Numbered from the stretch's first letter, positions 24,710 to 35,475 are shown. The stretch is 64,000 bases of DNA from Escherichia coli (GCF_046105845.1 NZ_CP151004.1); one strand, 5' to 3'. Notes: generated from the sequence alone by a model not told the origin. Program-made: numbers and translations.

Positions 24710-25827
24710 GCTTCACTCTCCTGCTGACGATACTGATACCACGCGGCGCACGCTCCTTCGGAGGAAACCATCAGCGCACCAAACGCGGTTTGAGGATTAC
24801 AGGTGTTACCAAACAGCGGGCATTGATGCGGCTTACATTTGCCCGTTAATACTTCGCCACAACGTGCGCGCGGGTCATCGCAGACCTGCTGCGGTGCCGG
24901 GCGGAAATGCGCTTCGGCATCGAATCGTTGATAATCCGGCGTCAGGTGTACACCAGAAGATTCAATCACGCCTAAGCCGCGCCATTCGCTGTCGCCGTTG
25001 ACACAGAACACATCGGCAATCGCCTGTTGCGCCAGCAGGTTACCGGCATCCGGCACCACCCGACGATACTGATTCTCTACCTTGCTGTGGGCCGCTATTT
25101 TCTGCTCCACCAGCATGACCACGCCTTGCAGTAGATCAAGCGGTTCGAAACCAGCGACCACCAGCGGACGATGAAAATCGCTGGCGATAAAATTATAGGC
25201 ATCAGTGCCGATAACCATACTAACGTGACCGGGCGCAAGAAACGCGTCGATACCGTTATCCGGCTCTTCCAGCAAACTGCGCAGCGTCGGGATAAGCGTA
25301 ATATGCTGGCAGAAGAAGTAAAAATTCTGCACATCACGCGCTTTCGCCTGTTGCAGAGTGATGGCCGTCGTCGGCATGGTGGTTTCAAAACCTAAGCCGA
25401 AGAACACCACTTTGCGGGTTGGATTCTCCTGCGCCAGTTTCAACGCATCCATCGGCGAGTAAACGATGCGCACATCGGCACCGCGTGCTTTTGCCTGCAA
25501 CAGCGATCCCTGTTTCCCCGGCACGCGCATGGCGTCGCCAAAGGTACAGAAGATGACTTCCGGATGGCTGGCAATCTCCACGCAGGTGTCGATTCTACCC
25601 ATCGGCAGTACACACACCGGGCAACCGGGACCGTGGATAAACTCAACGTTTTCCGGCAGCAACTGGTCGAGGCCGAATTTAAAAATGGCGTGGGTATGAC
25701 CACCGCACACTTCCATAATCCGCAGAGGGCGTTCGGCGGTGTAAGAGAGATGTGAAGCACGTTCGCGCAGATGCTCAATTAACTGCATCACCTGTTCCGG
25801 CGCGCGATATTCATCAACAAAACGCAT
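24706..25827 (-). CDS. hypD: Hydrogenase maturation protein HypD
   Basis: 373-aa [23 protein letters not shown]…, recognised as HypD. Confidence 0.93.
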   Translation of the reverse strand: MRFVDEYRAPEQVMQLIEHLRERASHLSYTAERPLRIMEVCGGHTHAIFKFGLDQLLPENVEFIHGPGCPVCVLPMGRIDTCVEIASHPEVIFCTFGDAMRVPGKQGSLLQAKARGADVRIVYSPMDALKLAQENPTRKVVFFGLGFETTMPTTAITLQQAKARDVQNFYFFCQHITLIPTLRSLLEEPDNGIDAFLAPGHVSMVIGTDAYNFIASDFHRPLVVAGFEPLDLLQGVVMLVEQKIAAHSKVENQYRRVVPDAGNLLAQQAIADVFCVNGDSEWRGLGVIESSGVHLTPDYQRFDAEAHFRPAPQQVCDDPRARCGEVLTGKCKPHQCPLFGNTCNPQTAFGALMVSSEGACAAWYQYRQQESEA

Positions 25828-26099
25828 TATTTTTCCTCGCCATACAACAGCGCACCGACATCCGGCTCAACGTCAAACATGTTTTGTAAGGCGTCGAGAG
25901 TGTCGCGCGCTTCGGCTTCATTAATTACGCTCATGGCAAAGCCAACGTGAACCAGTACCCACTGGCCCACGCGCGGCTGACCGTTTTCATCGCAGCTGCC
26001 GACTAACGTTAAATCGACATCGCGCTGAATGCCGCAGACGTCGACTTTCGCCTGGTTGCCGTCAATGGTGCGGATCTGGCCGGGAACGCCTATGCACAT
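25827..26099 (-). CDS. hypC: Hydrogenase maturation chaperone HypC
   Basis: Internal ATG of track ORF gives [30 protein letters not shown]… (90 aa), the conserved MC(I/L)G(V/I)P N-terminus. Confidence 0.9.
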   Translation of the reverse strand: MCIGVPGQIRTIDGNQAKVDVCGIQRDVDLTLVGSCDENGQPRVGQWVLVHVGFAMSVINEAEARDTLDALQNMFDVEPDVGALLYGEEK

Positions 26100-26962
26100 C
26101 GCTGTGTCTCCAGCCAGTTCAGCCACTGGTCCATCCCTTCGCCGCTGGTGGCGGAAATAAGGATGATTTCAATTTCTGGATTGACTTCGCGGGCGCAGGC
26201 GATGCACTTCTCAACGTCAAAGTTGAGATACGGCAACAGGTCAACTTTGTTGAGCAGCATCAGCGAGGCGGCGGCAAACATATGCGGATATTTCAGCGGT
26301 TTGTCTTCACCTTCGGTAACGGAAAGCACCGCCACTTTGTGTTTTTCACCGAGATCGAAGCTGGCCGGGCATACAAGGTTGCCAACGTTTTCGATAAACA
26401 GAATACCGTTATCGTCCAGTGGCAGACGCGGTGCGGCGTCGGCAATCATCTGTGCGTCAAGATGGCAGCCTTTACCGGTGTTCACCTGAATCGCTGGTGT
26501 GCCGGTAGCGCGAATGCGTGCGGCATCGTTCACGGTTTGCTGGTCGCCTTCAATAACCGCGCACGGAACGCTGTCTTTCAGGCGCATTAAGGTTTCCGTC
26601 AGCAGGGTGGTTTTACCGGAACCAGGGCTGGAAACCAGGTTGAGCACCAGTTGCTTGCGGGCAGCAAAGCGCGCGCGGTTGCGTTCAGCCAGACGGTTAT
26701 TTTTGTCCAGCACGTCAATTTCGACTTCCAGCATCCGACGCTGGCTCATGCCCGGCGCGTGAGTGCCCGCTTCGCCATGACCGTAATGCAGGTCGCCTTC
26801 TTCAGTCTGGCTGGGGGTAAATTCAGGCGCTTTAATGCCGGTGATTTTCATCTTCGGGCGTGCCGCCGGGGCAAATGGCGCGCTACGAAACGCGGAATGA
26901 GGGTTATGTTCATCACCCTCAATATAGAGGTTGCCTTCACCGCAACCGCATGTTGTACACAT
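26090..26962 (-). CDS. hypB: Hydrogenase nickel-insertion GTPase HypB
   Basis: 290-aa [13 protein letters not shown]… with His-rich stretch and GTPase motifs (GSGKTTLL). Confidence 0.93.
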   Translation of the reverse strand: MCTTCGCGEGNLYIEGDEHNPHSAFRSAPFAPAARPKMKITGIKAPEFTPSQTEEGDLHYGHGEAGTHAPGMSQRRMLEVEIDVLDKNNRLAERNRARFAARKQLVLNLVSSPGSGKTTLLTETLMRLKDSVPCAVIEGDQQTVNDAARIRATGTPAIQVNTGKGCHLDAQMIADAAPRLPLDDNGILFIENVGNLVCPASFDLGEKHKVAVLSVTEGEDKPLKYPHMFAAASLMLLNKVDLLPYLNFDVEKCIACAREVNPEIEIILISATSGEGMDQWLNWLETQRCA

Positions 26963-26965
26963 CGC

Positions 26966-27316
26966 TCACTCCTGGTCTATTTCTATCCGCCGAATCTGTA
27001 AACCGTCGTCTGCCACAATCTGTAGCATGTCACCATGACACTGTGGACAGCGGCGGACGCGCTGGGTCAGTAGCGTCACATACTGTTGGCATGTTTCACA
27101 CCAGCATTCGGCCTCTTGTTCTTCGAGGTGCAGTTTACAACCTTCCGCCACGCTGCCGCGGCAAACCAGATCAAAACAAAAGGCAAGAGAGCTGGTTTCG
27201 ACACAAGAAAATGCGCCAATTTTGAGCCAGACCCCAGTTACGCGTTTTGCGCCGTGTTTTGCGGCCTGCTGTTCGATCAATTCCAGTGCCCGTTGGCAGA
27301 GGGTTATTTCGTGCAT
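26966..27316 (-). CDS. hypA: Hydrogenase nickel-insertion protein HypA
   Basis: Internal ATG of track ORF gives MHEITLCQRALELIEQQA… (116 aa) with zinc-binding CxxC…CxxC. Confidence 0.92.
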   Translation of the reverse strand: MHEITLCQRALELIEQQAAKHGAKRVTGVWLKIGAFSCVETSSLAFCFDLVCRGSVAEGCKLHLEEQEAECWCETCQQYVTLLTQRVRRCPQCHGDMLQIVADDGLQIRRIEIDQE

Positions 27317-27347
27317 ATCGCCTCCCATTAACTATTGCCAGCTACAA

Positions 27348-27362
27348 GCAATAATTGTGCCA
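27348..27362 (-). promoter_or_regulatory. Candidate sigma54 promoter of the hyp operon
   Basis: Minus strand reads TGGCACAATTATTGC, with GG and GC at the -24/-12 spacing; about 32 nt upstream of the hypA start. Coordinates approximate. Confidence 0.45.
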
Positions 27363-27475
27363 GTGTTGATTATCCCTGCAGTGAATAATGTCGATGATGT
27401 CGAAATGACACGTCGACACGGCGACGAAATTCATCTTTAGCTTAAAAATCGCTTTAATAACAATGAATTAAAAGT

Positions 27476-27491
27476 TGGCACAGAAAATGCT
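27476..27491 (+). promoter_or_regulatory. Candidate sigma54 promoter of the hyc operon
   Basis: TGGCACAGAAAATGCT with GG/GC at the -24/-12 spacing; about 37 nt upstream of the hycA ATG. The FhlA-activated hyc operon is known to be sigma54-dependent. Confidence 0.55.
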
Positions 27492-27527
27492 TAAAGCTGG
27501 CATCTCTGTTAAACGGGTAACCTGACA

Positions 27528-27989
27528 ATGACTATTTGGGAAATAAGCGAGAAAGCCGATTACATCGCACAGCGGCATCGTCGCCTACAGGACCAGTGGC
27601 ACATCTACTGCAATTCGCTGGTTCAGGGGATCACGTTATCGAAAGCGCGCCTGCATCACGCCATGAGCTGCGCGCCGGACAAAGAACTCTGTTTCGTCCT
27701 TTTTGAACATTTTCGTATTTACGTCACCCTGGCGGATGGCTTTAACAGCCACACCATCGAGTATTACGTCGAAACAAAAGATGGTGAAGACAAACAGCGG
27801 ATTGCGCAGGCGCAACTGAGCATTGACGGCATGATTGATGGCAAGGTCAACATCCGCGATCGCGAACAGGTTCTGGAACACTATCTCGAAAAAATCGCTG
27901 GCGTTTACGACAGCTTATACACCGCCATTGAAAACAATGTGCCGGTGAATTTAAGCCAACTGGTAAAGGGACAAAGCCCGGCAGCATGA
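27528..27989 (+). CDS. hycA: Formate hydrogenlyase regulatory protein HycA
   Basis: 153-aa ORF MTIWEISEKADYIAQRHRRLQDQWHIY…, recognised as HycA. Confidence 0.92.
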   Translation: MTIWEISEKADYIAQRHRRLQDQWHIYCNSLVQGITLSKARLHHAMSCAPDKELCFVLFEHFRIYVTLADGFNSHTIEYYVETKDGEDKQRIAQAQLSIDGMIDGKVNIRDREQVLEHYLEKIAGVYDSLYTAIENNVPVNLSQLVKGQSPAA

Positions 27990-28049
27990 GCTGAGGCTTT
28001 GCCCGTTTTGCAGGCGTTACGCCTGTTTGGGGATGGGCGTGTCGATGAG

Positions 28050-28094
28050 TGTCGAAAATGACATTTTATCGGCATGTTTTCGTCAAAAATGACA
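28050..28094. promoter_or_regulatory. Two copies of a TCGAAAATGACA-like motif in the hycA-hycB spacer (candidate FhlA upstream activating sequence)
   Basis: TGTCGAAAATGACA (about 28050..28063) and CGTCAAAAATGACA (about 28081..28094); a related GTCGAAATGACACGTCGAC motif sits in the hyp-hyc intergenic region near 27390..27410. Confidence 0.35.
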
Positions 28095-28113
28095 ATCACC
28101 TGAGGAATGCCTG

Positions 28114-28725
28114 GTGAATCGTTTTGTAATTGCTGACTCCACGCTCTGTATCGGCTGCCACACCTGTGAGGCCGCCTGTTCAGAGACGCATCGCCAGCAC
28201 GGCCTGCAATCAATGCCGCGCCTGCGAGTGATGCTCAATGAAAAAGAATCTGCGCCGCAGCTCTGTCACCACTGTGAAGATGCGCCCTGTGCGGTGGTTT
28301 GCCCGGTTAACGCCATCACCCGCGTTGATGGGGCCGTGCAGTTAAATGAAAGTCTGTGCGTAAGCTGCAAACTGTGCGGCATCGCCTGCCCGTTTGGCGC
28401 AATTGAATTTTCCGGCAGCCGTCCGCTGGATATTCCGGCAAATGCCAATACCCCGAAAGCGCCACCGGCACCGCCTGCTCCGGCGCGTGTCAGCACATTG
28501 CTTGACTGGGTGCCAGGTATTCGCGCGATCGCCGTCAAATGTGACCTTTGTAGTTTTGATGAACAAGGTCCGGCCTGCGTGCGGATGTGCCCGACTAAAG
28601 CCCTGCATCTGGTGGATAACACCGATATCGCCCGCGTCAGCAAACGTAAGCGTGAGCTGACTTTTAACACGGACTTTGGCGATCTCACCTTGTTTCAGCA
28701 GGCTCAAAGTGGAGAGGCTAAATGA
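28114..28725 (+). CDS. hycB: Formate hydrogenlyase 4Fe-4S ferredoxin subunit HycB
   Basis: 203-aa ORF with four CxxCxxCxxxCP clusters; GTG start per ORF track. Confidence 0.92.
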   Translation: MNRFVIADSTLCIGCHTCEAACSETHRQHGLQSMPRLRVMLNEKESAPQLCHHCEDAPCAVVCPVNAITRVDGAVQLNESLCVSCKLCGIACPFGAIEFSGSRPLDIPANANTPKAPPAPPAPARVSTLLDWVPGIRAIAVKCDLCSFDEQGPACVRMCPTKALHLVDNTDIARVSKRKRELTFNTDFGDLTLFQQAQSGEAK

Positions 28726-30548
28726 GCGCAATTTCCCTGATCAATAGCGGCGTGGCGTGGTTTGTCGCCGCCGCTGTTCTGGCATTTCTCTTTTCTTTTC
28801 AAAAGGCGCTAAGCGGCTGGATAGCCGGAATTGGCGGCGCGGTTGGTAGCCTGTATACGGCAGCCGCGGGCTTTACTGTGCTGACTGGCGCGGTTGGCGT
28901 GAGCGGTGCGCTGTCGCTGGTAAACTACGATGTGCAAATCTCTCCGCTTAACGCGATTTGGCTGATTACGCTCGGTCTGTGCGGTCTGTTTGTCAGCCTC
29001 TACAACATTGACTGGCATCGCCACGCGCAGGTGAAGTGCAACGGCTTGCAGATCAATATGTTGATGGCTGCCGCCGTCTGCGCCGTCATCGCCAGCAACC
29101 TCGGCATGTTCGTGGTAATGGCTGAAATCATGGCCCTGTGCGCGGTGTTCCTTACCAGCAACAGCAAAGAGGGCAAACTGTGGTTTGCGCTGGGGCGTCT
29201 TGGCACTCTGCTGCTGGCGATTGCCTGCTGGCTGCTGTGGCAGCGTTACGGCACGCTGGATCTGCGCCTGCTGGATATGCGTATGCAACAGCTGCCGCTC
29301 GGTTCCGATATCTGGCTGCTCGGTGTGATTGGCTTTGGCCTGCTGGCCGGGATTATTCCGCTGCACGGCTGGGTGCCGCAGGCACATGCGAACGCCTCTG
29401 CGCCAGCTGCCGCGTTGTTTTCTACGGTAGTCATGAAAATTGGCCTGCTGGGCATTTTAACCCTGTCGCTGCTGGGCGGTAATGCACCGCTGTGGTGGGG
29501 GATCGCGCTGCTGGTGCTCGGCATGATCACCGCGTTCGTCGGCGGTCTGTATGCGCTGATGGAGCACAACATCCAGCGCCTGCTGGCTTACCACACCCTG
29601 GAAAATATCGGCATCATCCTGCTGGGGCTGGGCGCTGGCGTAACGGGTATCGCGCTCGAACAACCGGCGCTGATTGCTCTTGGCCTGGTTGGTGGTCTGT
29701 ATCATCTGCTTAACCATAGCCTGTTCAAAAGCGTACTGTTCCTCGGGGCGGGGAGCGTCTGGTTCCGTACCGGTCATCGCGATATCGAAAAACTCGGTGG
29801 TATAGGCAAGAAAATGCCGGTTATCTCCATCGCCATGTTGGTCGGGCTGATGGCAATGGCTGCGCTGCCGCCGCTGAACGGTTTTGCCGGGGAATGGGTT
29901 ATCTATCAATCCTTCTTCAAATTGAGCAATAGTGGCGCGTTTGTTGCCCGTCTGCTGGGGCCACTGCTTGCTGTGGGTCTGGCAATTACCGGTGCGCTGG
30001 CGGTGATGTGTATGGCGAAAGTCTATGGCGTCACGTTCCTCGGTGCGCCGCGTACCAAAGAAGCCGAAAACGCCACCTGTGCGCCGCTCCTGATGAGCGT
30101 AAGCGTAGTGGCACTGGCGATTTGCTGCGTAATTGGCGGTGTTGCTGCGCCGTGGCTGCTGCCGATGCTCTCTGCTGCTGTACCTCTGCCGCTGGAGCCT
30201 GCTAACACCACCGTTTCTCAACCCATGATCACGTTGCTGCTGATTGCCTGCCCGCTGCTGCCATTCATCATTATGGCGATTTGCAAAGGCGACCGTTTGC
30301 CGTCGCGTTCCCGCGGCGCGGCCTGGGTGTGCGGCTACGACCACGAAAAATCAATGGTGATTACCGCTCACGGTTTTGCCATGCCGGTGAAACAGGCGTT
30401 TGCGCCAGTGCTGAAACTGCGCAAATGGCTGAATCCGGTGTCGCTGGTGCCGGGCTGGCAGTGCGAAGGCAGTGCGTTGCTGTTCCGCCGGATGGCGCTG
30501 GTTGAACTGGCGGTGCTGGTGGTGATTATTGTTTCACGAGGAGCCTGA
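28722..30548 (+). CDS. hycC: Formate hydrogenlyase membrane subunit HycC
   Basis: 608-aa polytopic membrane ORF, NuoL/ND5-like; position in the hyc operon. Confidence 0.92.
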   Translation: MSAISLINSGVAWFVAAAVLAFLFSFQKALSGWIAGIGGAVGSLYTAAAGFTVLTGAVGVSGALSLVNYDVQISPLNAIWLITLGLCGLFVSLYNIDWHRHAQVKCNGLQINMLMAAAVCAVIASNLGMFVVMAEIMALCAVFLTSNSKEGKLWFALGRLGTLLLAIACWLLWQRYGTLDLRLLDMRMQQLPLGSDIWLLGVIGFGLLAGIIPLHGWVPQAHANASAPAAALFSTVVMKIGLLGILTLSLLGGNAPLWWGIALLVLGMITAFVGGLYALMEHNIQRLLAYHTLENIGIILLGLGAGVTGIALEQPALIALGLVGGLYHLLNHSLFKSVLFLGAGSVWFRTGHRDIEKLGGIGKKMPVISIAMLVGLMAMAALPPLNGFAGEWVIYQSFFKLSNSGAFVARLLGPLLAVGLAITGALAVMCMAKVYGVTFLGAPRTKEAENATCAPLLMSVSVVALAICCVIGGVAAPWLLPMLSAAVPLPLEPANTTVSQPMITLLLIACPLLPFIIMAICKGDRLPSRSRGAAWVCGYDHEKSMVITAHGFAMPVKQAFAPVLKLRKWLNPVSLVPGWQCEGSALLFRRMALVELAVLVVIIVSRGA

Positions 30549-30550
30549 GA

Positions 30551-31474
30551 ATGAGTGTTTTATATCCGTTAATTCAGGCGCTGGTGTTATTTGCCGTTGC
30601 GCCGCTGCTCTCCGGTATAACCCGCGTGGCGCGCGCCCGCTTGCATAACCGTCGCGGGCCGGGCGTGTTGCAGGAGTATCGCGACATTATCAAACTGCTG
30701 GGTCGCCAGAGCGTTGGCCCGGATGCCTCCGGCTGGGTGTTCCGCCTGACGCCGTATGTGATGGTGGGCGTCATGCTGACTATCGCTACTGCGCTGCCGG
30801 TGGTGACCGTTGGTTCTCCGCTGCCGCAGCTGGGCGATTTGATCACTTTACTGTATCTCTTTGCCATCGCGCGTTTCTTCTTTGCCATTTCTGGTCTGGA
30901 TACCGGTAGCCCGTTTACCGCTATCGGCGCGAGCCGTGAAGCGATGCTTGGCGTGCTGGTTGAACCGATGCTGCTGCTTGGTCTGTGGGTCGCCGCACAG
31001 GTTGCCGGTTCCACCAACATCAGCAACATCACCGACACCGTTTATCACTGGCCGCTGAGCCAGAGCATTCCGCTGGTGCTGGCGCTTTGTGCCTGTGCAT
31101 TCGCCACCTTTATCGAAATGGGCAAACTGCCGTTCGACCTGGCGGAAGCCGAGCAGGAGTTGCAGGAAGGTCCGCTCTCTGAGTATAGCGGCAGCGGCTT
31201 TGGCGTCATGAAATGGGGTATCAGCCTGAAACAGCTGGTGGTGTTGCAGATGTTCGTCGGGGTGTTTATTCCGTGGGGACAAATGGAAACCTTCACCGTC
31301 GGTGGGTTGCTGCTGGCGCTGGTGATTGCCATCGTCAAACTGGTGGTTGGCGTCCTGGTTATCGCGCTGTTCGAAAACAGCATGGCCCGTCTGCGTCTTG
31401 ATATTACTCCGCGCATTACCTGGGCTGGGTTTGGCTTTGCATTTTTAGCGTTCGTCTCCTTGCTGGCGGCGTGA
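30551..31474 (+). CDS. hycD: Formate hydrogenlyase membrane subunit HycD
   Basis: 307-aa membrane ORF, NuoH-like. Confidence 0.92.
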   Translation: MSVLYPLIQALVLFAVAPLLSGITRVARARLHNRRGPGVLQEYRDIIKLLGRQSVGPDASGWVFRLTPYVMVGVMLTIATALPVVTVGSPLPQLGDLITLLYLFAIARFFFAISGLDTGSPFTAIGASREAMLGVLVEPMLLLGLWVAAQVAGSTNISNITDTVYHWPLSQSIPLVLALCACAFATFIEMGKLPFDLAEAEQELQEGPLSEYSGSGFGVMKWGISLKQLVVLQMFVGVFIPWGQMETFTVGGLLLALVIAIVKLVVGVLVIALFENSMARLRLDITPRITWAGFGFAFLAFVSLLAA

Positions 31475-31491
31475 TTAAAGAGAGTTTGAGC

Positions 31492-33201
31492 ATGTCTGAA
31501 GAAAAATTAGGTCAACATTATCTCGCCGCGCTGAATGAGGCATTTCCGGGCGTCGTGCTGGACCACGCCTGGCAGACCAAAGATCAGCTGACTGTCACCG
31601 TAAAGGTGAACTATCTGCCGGAAGTAGTGGAGTTTCTCTATTACAAGCAGGGTGGCTGGCTGTCGGTGCTGTTTGGTAACGACGAACGCAAACTGAATGG
31701 TCATTACGCCGTTTATTACGTGCTGTCGATGGAGAAGGGCACCAAATGCTGGATAACCGTGCGCGTTGAAGTTGACGCCAACAAACCGGAATATCCGTCC
31801 GTAACGCCGCGCGTTCCGGCGGCGGTATGGGGCGAGCGTGAAGTGCGCGATATGTACGGTTTGATTCCGGTAGGGCTGCCGGATGAACGTCGTCTGGTGC
31901 TGCCGGATGACTGGCCGGATGAACTTTATCCGCTGCGTAAAGACAGCATGGATTATCGTCAACGTCCGGCACCGACTACCGATGCTGAAACCTACGAGTT
32001 CATCAACGAACTGGGCGACAAGAAAAACAACGTCGTTCCGATTGGTCCGCTGCACGTCACTTCTGACGAACCGGGCCACTTCCGTCTGTTCGTCGATGGC
32101 GAAAACATTATCGACGCCGACTACCGCCTGTTCTATGTCCATCGCGGCATGGAAAAACTGGCGGAAACCCGCATGGGTTACAACGAAGTGACCTTCCTCT
32201 CTGACCGTGTGTGCGGGATCTGCGGCTTTGCTCACAGCACCGCCTACACCACGTCGGTGGAAAACGCGATGGGTATTCAGGTGCCAGAACGTGCGCAGAT
32301 GATCCGCGCCATTCTGCTGGAGGTAGAACGCCTGCACTCGCATCTGCTCAACCTCGGCCTCGCCTGTCACTTTACCGGCTTCGACTCCGGCTTTATGCAG
32401 TTCTTCCGCGTGCGTGAAACCTCCATGAAAATGGCAGAGATCCTTACCGGTGCGCGTAAAACCTACGGCCTGAACCTGATCGGCGGGATTCGTCGCGATC
32501 TGCTGAAAGATGACATGATCCAGACCCGTCAACTGGCACAGCAGATGCGTCGTGAAGTGCAGGAGCTGGTGGATGTGCTGCTGAGCACACCGAACATGGA
32601 ACAGCGCACCGTCGGTATTGGTCGTCTGGACCCGGAAATCGCTCGCGACTTCAGTAACGTTGGCCCGATGGTCCGTGCCAGCGGTCACGCCCGTGATACC
32701 CGTGCCGATCACCCGTTTGTTGGTTATGGCCTGCTGCCAATGGAAGTCCACAGCGAGCAGGGCTGCGACGTTATTTCCCGTCTGAAAGTGCGAATCAACG
32801 AGGTCTATACCGCGCTGAACATGATCGACTACGGTCTGGATAACCTGCCGGGCGGTCCGCTGATGGTGGAAGGCTTTACCTACATTCCGCACCGTTTCGC
32901 GCTGGGCTTTGCCGAAGCGCCGCGCGGCGACGATATCCACTGGAGCATGACCGGCGACAACCAGAAGCTGTACCGCTGGCGCTGCCGTGCGGCGACCTAC
33001 GCGAACTGGCCGACCCTGCGCTACATGCTGCGTGGCAATACCGTTTCCGATGCGCCGCTGATTATCGGTAGCCTGGACCCTTGCTACTCCTGTACCGACC
33101 GCATGACGGTGGTCGATGTACGTAAGAAGAAGAGCAAAGTGGTGCCGTACAAAGAACTCGAGCGCTACAGCATTGAGCGTAAAAACTCGCCGCTGAAATA
33201 A
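31492..33201 (+). CDS. hycE: Hydrogenase 3 large subunit HycE
   Basis: Internal ATG of track ORF gives MSEEKLGQHYLAALNEAFPGVVLD… (569 aa); NiFe-binding cysteine motifs (RVCGICGFAHS near the N-terminal site, DPCYSCTDR near the C-terminus). Confidence 0.93.
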   Translation: MSEEKLGQHYLAALNEAFPGVVLDHAWQTKDQLTVTVKVNYLPEVVEFLYYKQGGWLSVLFGNDERKLNGHYAVYYVLSMEKGTKCWITVRVEVDANKPEYPSVTPRVPAAVWGEREVRDMYGLIPVGLPDERRLVLPDDWPDELYPLRKDSMDYRQRPAPTTDAETYEFINELGDKKNNVVPIGPLHVTSDEPGHFRLFVDGENIIDADYRLFYVHRGMEKLAETRMGYNEVTFLSDRVCGICGFAHSTAYTTSVENAMGIQVPERAQMIRAILLEVERLHSHLLNLGLACHFTGFDSGFMQFFRVRETSMKMAEILTGARKTYGLNLIGGIRRDLLKDDMIQTRQLAQQMRREVQELVDVLLSTPNMEQRTVGIGRLDPEIARDFSNVGPMVRASGHARDTRADHPFVGYGLLPMEVHSEQGCDVISRLKVRINEVYTALNMIDYGLDNLPGGPLMVEGFTYIPHRFALGFAEAPRGDDIHWSMTGDNQKLYRWRCRAATYANWPTLRYMLRGNTVSDAPLIIGSLDPCYSCTDRMTVVDVRKKKSKVVPYKELERYSIERKNSPLK

Positions 33202-33210
33202 GGAATCGCC

Positions 33211-33753
33211 ATGTTTACCTTTATCAAAAAAGTTATCAAAACCGGCACGGCGACCTCGTCTTATCCGCTGGAGCCGATTGCGGTTGATAAAAACTTCCGT
33301 GGTAAGCCAGAGCAGAACCCGCAGCAGTGCATCGGCTGCGCGGCCTGCGTCAATGCCTGCCCGTCAAACGCCTTAACGGTTGAAACCGACCTCGCCACAG
33401 GAGAGCTTGCCTGGGAGTTTAATCTCGGGCGCTGCATCTTCTGTGGACGCTGCGAAGAAGTTTGCCCGACGGCGGCGATCAAACTGTCGCAAGAGTACGA
33501 ACTGGCGGTGTGGAAGAAAGAAGACTTCCTGCAACAGTCCCGCTTCGCGCTGTGCAACTGTCGCGTCTGCAATCGTCCTTTCGCCGTCCAGAAAGAGATC
33601 GACTACGCCATTGCGCTGCTTAAGCACAATGGTGACAGCCGCGCGGAAAACCACCGCGAAAGCTTTGAGACTTGCCCGGAATGTAAGCGCCAGAAATGCC
33701 TGGTGCCGTCCGACCGTATTGAACTGACTCGCCATATGAAAGAGGCCATCTGA
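33211..33753 (+). CDS. hycF: Formate hydrogenlyase iron-sulfur subunit HycF
   Basis: 180-aa ORF with two 4Fe-4S ferredoxin motifs. Confidence 0.92.
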   Translation: MFTFIKKVIKTGTATSSYPLEPIAVDKNFRGKPEQNPQQCIGCAACVNACPSNALTVETDLATGELAWEFNLGRCIFCGRCEEVCPTAAIKLSQEYELAVWKKEDFLQQSRFALCNCRVCNRPFAVQKEIDYAIALLKHNGDSRAENHRESFETCPECKRQKCLVPSDRIELTRHMKEAI

Positions 33754-34520
33754 TGAGCAATTTATTAGGCCCCCGTGACGCCAACGGCATTCCGGTCCCG
33801 ATGACGGTGGATGAATCCATCGCCAGCATGAAGGCGTCGTTACTGAAAAAAATCAAACGTTCTGCCTACGTTTACCGCGTGGACTGCGGCGGCTGCAACG
33901 GCTGCGAAATCGAAATTTTCGCCACGCTTTCGCCGCTGTTTGATGCAGAACGCTTCGGCATTAAAGTCGTTCCTTCACCGCGTCATGCGGATATTTTACT
34001 GTTTACCGGCGCGGTCACCCGTGCAATGCGATCCCCTGCGCTGCGTGCGTGGCAGTCCGCGCCGGACCCGAAAATCTGTATCTCCTACGGTGCCTGCGGT
34101 AACAGTGGCGGGATCTTCCATGATCTCTACTGCGTGTGGGGCGGTACGGATAAAATCGTCCCGGTGGATGTTTATATCCCTGGCTGCCCGCCAACGCCTG
34201 CCGCCACGCTGTACGGCTTCGCGATGGCGCTCGGCCTGCTGGAGCAGAAAATCCACGCTCGTGGGCCGGGTGAACTGGATGAACAACCGGCGGAGATCCT
34301 GCATGGCGATATGGTGCAGGCGCTGCGTGTGAAAGTAGATCGCGAAGCACGCCGACTGGCGGGTTATCGTTACGGTCGTCAGATTGCCGATGACTTCCTG
34401 ACACAGTTAGGGCAGGGCGAAGAACAGGTTGCACGCTGGCTGGAAGCGGAAAACGATCCGCGTCTGAACGAGATTGTCAGCCATCTGAATCATGTTGTTG
34501 AAGAGGCGCGTATCCGATGA
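33753..34520 (+). CDS. hycG: Hydrogenase 3 small subunit HycG
   Basis: 255-aa ORF, NuoB-like, with CGGCN…C…GCPP motifs. Confidence 0.92.
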   Translation: MSNLLGPRDANGIPVPMTVDESIASMKASLLKKIKRSAYVYRVDCGGCNGCEIEIFATLSPLFDAERFGIKVVPSPRHADILLFTGAVTRAMRSPALRAWQSAPDPKICISYGACGNSGGIFHDLYCVWGGTDKIVPVDVYIPGCPPTPAATLYGFAMALGLLEQKIHARGPGELDEQPAEILHGDMVQALRVKVDREARRLAGYRYGRQIADDFLTQLGQGEEQVARWLEAENDPRLNEIVSHLNHVVEEARIR

Positions 34521-34927
34521 GTGAAAAGGTGGTGTTCAGTCAACTGAGCCGTAAATTTATTGATGAGAACGATGCCACGCCCGCCGAGGCGCAGCAGGTG
34601 GTCTATTACAGCCTGGCGATTGGTCACCACCTTGGGGTTATCGATTGCCTGGAAGCGGCGCTCACCTGTCCGTGGGATGAATATCTGGCATGGATTGCCA
34701 CTCTGGAGGCGGGCAGCGAAGCCCGCCGCAAAATGGAAGGCGTGCCGAAATATGGTGAGATCGTCATCGACATTAACCATGTGCCGATGCTGGCCAACGC
34801 ATTCGATAAAGCCCGGGCAGCGCAAACTTCGCAGCAGAAGGAATGGAGTACAATGCTGTTAAGTATGCTGCATGATATTTATCAGGAAAACGCCATCTAT
34901 TTGATGGTGAGGAGATTGCGTGACTGA
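34517..34927 (+). CDS. hycH: Formate hydrogenlyase maturation protein HycH
   Basis: 136-aa [41 protein letters not shown]…. Confidence 0.9.
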   Translation: MSEKVVFSQLSRKFIDENDATPAEAQQVVYYSLAIGHHLGVIDCLEAALTCPWDEYLAWIATLEAGSEARRKMEGVPKYGEIVIDINHVPMLANAFDKARAAQTSQQKEWSTMLLSMLHDIYQENAIYLMVRRLRD

Positions 34928-35390
34928 CGTTTTACTCTGTGTTGGCAATAGCATGATGGGCGATGATGGCGCAGGCCCGCTACTGGCGGAAAAGTGCGCC
35001 GCCGCGCCGAAAGGTCACTGGGTGGTGATTGACGGCGGTAGTGCACCGGAAAACGACATTGTCGCTATTCGCGAACTGCGCCCTACGCGACTGCTGATTG
35101 TCGACGCCACTGATATGGGGCTAAACCCCGGCGAGATCCGCATCATCGACCCGGATGACATCGCCGAGATGTTTATGATGACTACCCATAACATGCCGTT
35201 GAACTACCTTATCGACCAGTTGAAAGAAGATATTGGCGAAGTGATTTTCCTCGGCATCCAGCCGGATATCGTCGGCTTTTACTACCCGATGACCCAGCCG
35301 ATTAAAGATGCGGTGGAAACCGTTTATCAACGACTGGAAGGCTGGGAAGGGAATGGCGGATTCGCGCAGTTAGCGGTGGAAGAAGAGTAG
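34920..35390 (+). CDS. hycI: Hydrogenase 3 maturation endopeptidase HycI
   Basis: 156-aa [28 protein letters not shown]…, recognised as HycI. Confidence 0.92.
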   Translation: MTDVLLCVGNSMMGDDGAGPLLAEKCAAAPKGHWVVIDGGSAPENDIVAIRELRPTRLLIVDATDMGLNPGEIRIIDPDDIAEMFMMTTHNMPLNYLIDQLKEDIGEVIFLGIQPDIVGFYYPMTQPIKDAVETVYQRLEGWEGNGGFAQLAVEEE

Positions 35391-35446
35391 TTCGTAGACA
35401 AACATGTTCACGTTTTGGAATTTGGACGTGCAATTGTGACGTGTAG

Positions 35447-35475
35447 ACGGGTGTTTACATATTGTGAACACCCGT
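35447..35475. promoter_or_regulatory. Inverted repeat upstream of the toxin gene (candidate antitoxin operator, or hycI terminator hairpin)
   Basis: ACGGGTGTT-N11-AACACCCGT (9-bp arms) 80-110 nt upstream of the higB-like ATG; further TGTGAACA/TGTTCAC-like copies at about 35403..35412; no T-run follows. Confidence 0.3.
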
